The translations under genes were made by a program, and so were the position numbers. Positions 61,485 to 64,000 of a stretch of DNA of 64,000 nucleotides are shown piece by piece. The DNA comes from Macrostomum lignano. Taxonomy: Eukaryota. The stretch covers positions 1 to 64,000 of the forward strand of contig NIVC01003676.1 of the NCBI GenBank assembly GCA_002269645.1. Reading direction: 5' to 3'. The notes below the pieces were generated by a model, which ran no database searches, was not told where the DNA came from, and saw only the letters and a list, made by a program, of their open reading frames with translations. Positions within the stretch are counted from its first letter, which is position 1. Each line of letters starts with the position of its first letter.

Positions 61485-62430
61485 GATTGCTAATCTATTT
61501 GGTGTCTTGAGGAATAGAATGGATTGCTAATCTATTTGGTGTCTTAAGGAATAGAATGGATTGCTAATCTATTTGGTGTCTTAAGGAACAGAATGGATTG
61601 CTAATCTATTTGGTGTCTTAAGGAATAGAATGGATTGCTAATCTATTTGGTGTCTTAAGGAATAGAATGGATTGCTAATCTATTTGGTGTCTTGAGGAAT
61701 AGAATGGATTGCTAATCTATTTGGTGTCTTAAGGAATAGAATGGATTGCTAATCTATTTCGTGTCCTAAGGAATAGAATGGATTGCTAATCCATTTCGTG
61801 TCTTAAGGAATACTCGTAGAATGGACTGCTAATCTATTTGGTGTCTTAAGAAATAGATAGATTGCTAATCCATTTCGCGTCTTAAGGAATAGAATGGACT
61901 GCTAATCTATTTCGTGTCCTAAGGAACAGAATGGATTGCTAATCTATTTCGTGTCCTAAGGAACAGAATGGATTGCTAATCTATTTTGTGTCTTAAGGAA
62001 CAGAATGGATTGCTAATCTATTTTGTGTCTTAGGAATAGAATGGATTGCTAATCTACTTCGTGTCTTGAGGAACAGAATGGATTGCTAATCTATTTTGTG
62101 TCTTAAGGAACAGAATGGATTGCTAATCTATTTCGTGTCCTAAGGAACAGAATGGATTGCTAATCTATTTTGTGTCTTAAGGAACAGAATGGATTGCTAA
62201 TCTATTTTGTGTCTTAGGAATAGAATGGATTGCTAATCTATTTCGTGTCCTCAGGAACAGAATGGACTGCTAATCTATTTGGTGTGTCTTAAGGAACAGA
62301 ATGGATTGCTAATCTATTTGGTGTGTCTTAAGGAACAGAATGGATTGCTAATCTATTTTGTGTCTTAGGAATAGAATGGATTGCTAATCTATTTCGTGTC
62401 CTCAGGAACAGAATGGATTGCTAATCTATG
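61485..62430. repeat. 37-bp minisatellite downstream of AIMP2, sharing a 25-bp core with the upstream array
   Basis: AGGAATAGAATGGATTGCTAATCTATTTGGTGTCTTA units. Confidence 0.96.
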
Positions 62431-62897
62431 CCCTGTTTTAGAAAATGACCAATGAATAGATCAGCCATTAATGGGTCAAGCCATAACTTGAATTATTTAT
62501 TAATGTTTAGCAGCTTTAAAAATTGAAAATGAAAAGCAATTTTGTCAACAATTATTTATCTTGCAATCGTCTCTTCTGCATGAAATTTCAGTCGTATATT
62601 TTGAAAGTTGAAAGTTAGTTTAAAAAATTAATTTTTTCTTTTAACTTACATTTAATATAATAGCTGTTTAAAATATGAAATTTAAGTCAACGAATTTGGC
62701 ATCTATAGAACTGTTGCTATATATTTATTTAAACCTTTCGTCTTCCTTATTCAACCCAGTCGAAGACCTAACTGTTCAACTACTATGAGTAGTAAAAATA
62801 TATAAAAGAATTCAATTGCTGTTTTGTGTGCTAGGAACCTTTAAAAAAAACAAAGTACCGGCTTTTTGTTTTTTTATTTGTTGAGGCATTATAACTC

Positions 62898-63180
62898 GCA
62901 GGCGCGTTGCCAACGGGAGGGACAGGGGGGCATGTCCTCCCAGTAAAAGCTATGGGGGGACATGCCACTGCTCTGTCCCCCCTACCCCACCTTGTGACCC
63001 GTTGTGGTAATCAATAATGTTTCTTCAGGGCGCCCTAATATACTCTTAGCTCCTACGGTGCTAAAATGATTGCCTGCGGCGCTAAAATGATTGCCTGCGG
63101 CGCCAAAATGAGTGCCTGCGGCGCCAAAATGAGTGCCTGCGGCGCTAAAATGAGTGCCTGCGGCGCCAAAATGTAGGAAT
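62898..63180 (-). mobile_element. Partial reversed copy of the 4800-5380 MITE family, with the same 21-bp minisatellite
   Basis: CTAAAATGAGTGCCTGCGGCG units are the reverse complement of the 4888-5240 array; the flanking ...CCTTGTGACCCGTTGTGG matches ~5263-5285. Confidence 0.75.
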
Positions 63181-64000
63181 TTAGTCATGTACATGTTGAA
63201 TTCTTGGCTTTGTCAATGGATTTAGTTTATGGTTGCAATACCACTGGGAATGTTGTGTGTTCAGGTCTCAGGAGTCAGCAAATGGGCAGAATTGTCTTAG
63301 CGCCATGGTTGTAGGATGATGTCGCCCAAAGGTGCCCACTGCCCTTCTGAGTTTTGCGAATAATTATGCAGGTGGCTGCTTGGTAGCCATCATCACCTTG
63401 TTACTTTGTCAGGCAGTCAAGCTTCCGGCTATTAAAGTACTTAACAGGATCTAACCAGAGTTCATCTCATTCAACAGGCAGTTTCCATTGTATTGTCGCC
63501 TCATGTCCTCCTTACAGCTTGGTCTTCCTTACAAGCAACGGAAACTGACTTTGGCCCGCCTCTGTTAGCTTGAGGGGCTATTTAACTACACGAACAGAAG
63601 AAGATGCTGGCCATTACCTTGAAGCAATTAGCTCTAACTGCTGACTGCACACACTGCATTAATGCTGGGTCCTCATTTTCTTGCCATATGCATGTAGCAG
63701 TGTGGCTTCAAGGTATTGTCCTGCCTACGCTGCGCTTGCAGAGGTGGGAGGGCGAGAGGGACAGGCCCCTCTTTCCCTGTTCAAATATTGATCCTATACA
63801 CGCTTCTTCCTTACACAACAATTGCCACACACGCTAAGCCTTGCTGTTGCCAACTAAAGAAAGAAATTTTGTACAACCCACCTGGGCTATAGTCCCGCGT
63901 GCATCGCATTGTTTTGGGCTGAAAAATATTCTTAAAACTGTATAAAAAGAGGGGTAGAATTACTAGGGCCGGGCCATTGTGAGGTCTGCTCGCTTGTCTT

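Noticed and set aside
3913-62430. CRISPR-like appearance of the 25-37-bp repeat arrays
   Set aside because: Units are head-to-tail with no unique spacers, there are no cas genes, and the context is eukaryotic.
63180-63900. Possible retroelement remnant at the window end
   Set aside because: No diagnostic motif could be read in any frame.

Overview
Eukaryotic, repeat-saturated DNA from an invertebrate animal. Evidence: GT-AG introns, a TTAGGG-type repeat, and GC-rich exons in AT-rich spacers. A free-living flatworm such as Macrostomum is a guess from style only. Contents from left to right: (1) a frameshifted Penelope-like retroelement (RT plus GIY-YIG) followed by extremely minimal hammerhead ribozymes. 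(2) Two paralogous 4-exon secreted F-type-lectin + PAN/Apple genes (10893-6271 and 38430-34496, minus strand), whose introns picked up different MITEs after duplication, plus a third frameshifted F-lectin exon. (3) A ~9.9-kb Polinton/Maverick derivative (14804-24674) with AGTAGT termini and a 6-bp ATAGCT TSD inside a 21-bp minisatellite. It keeps capsid, protease and ATPase ORFs and only fragments of integrase and pPolB, and it encloses an intact intron-containing TRPV-like ion-channel gene. This is the most striking observation in the window. (4) An intronless otopetrin-like gene. (5) A P-superfamily (THAP) deletion derivative with a nested Crypton-like tyrosine-recombinase remnant bounded by CCATAGAC direct repeats. 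(6) Gypsy and LINE debris in a CpG-depleted zone. (7) A co-oriented housekeeping cluster (WDR92/DNAAF10, an orphan, PTGES3/p23, POLR1D, AIMP2) separated by minisatellites, most genes with an AG just upstream of the ATG, so possibly a trans-spliced operon. About 20 different mini/microsatellite arrays explain most of the long low-complexity ORFs in the supplied track. All protein family calls come from motif recognition by eye; no database search was run.
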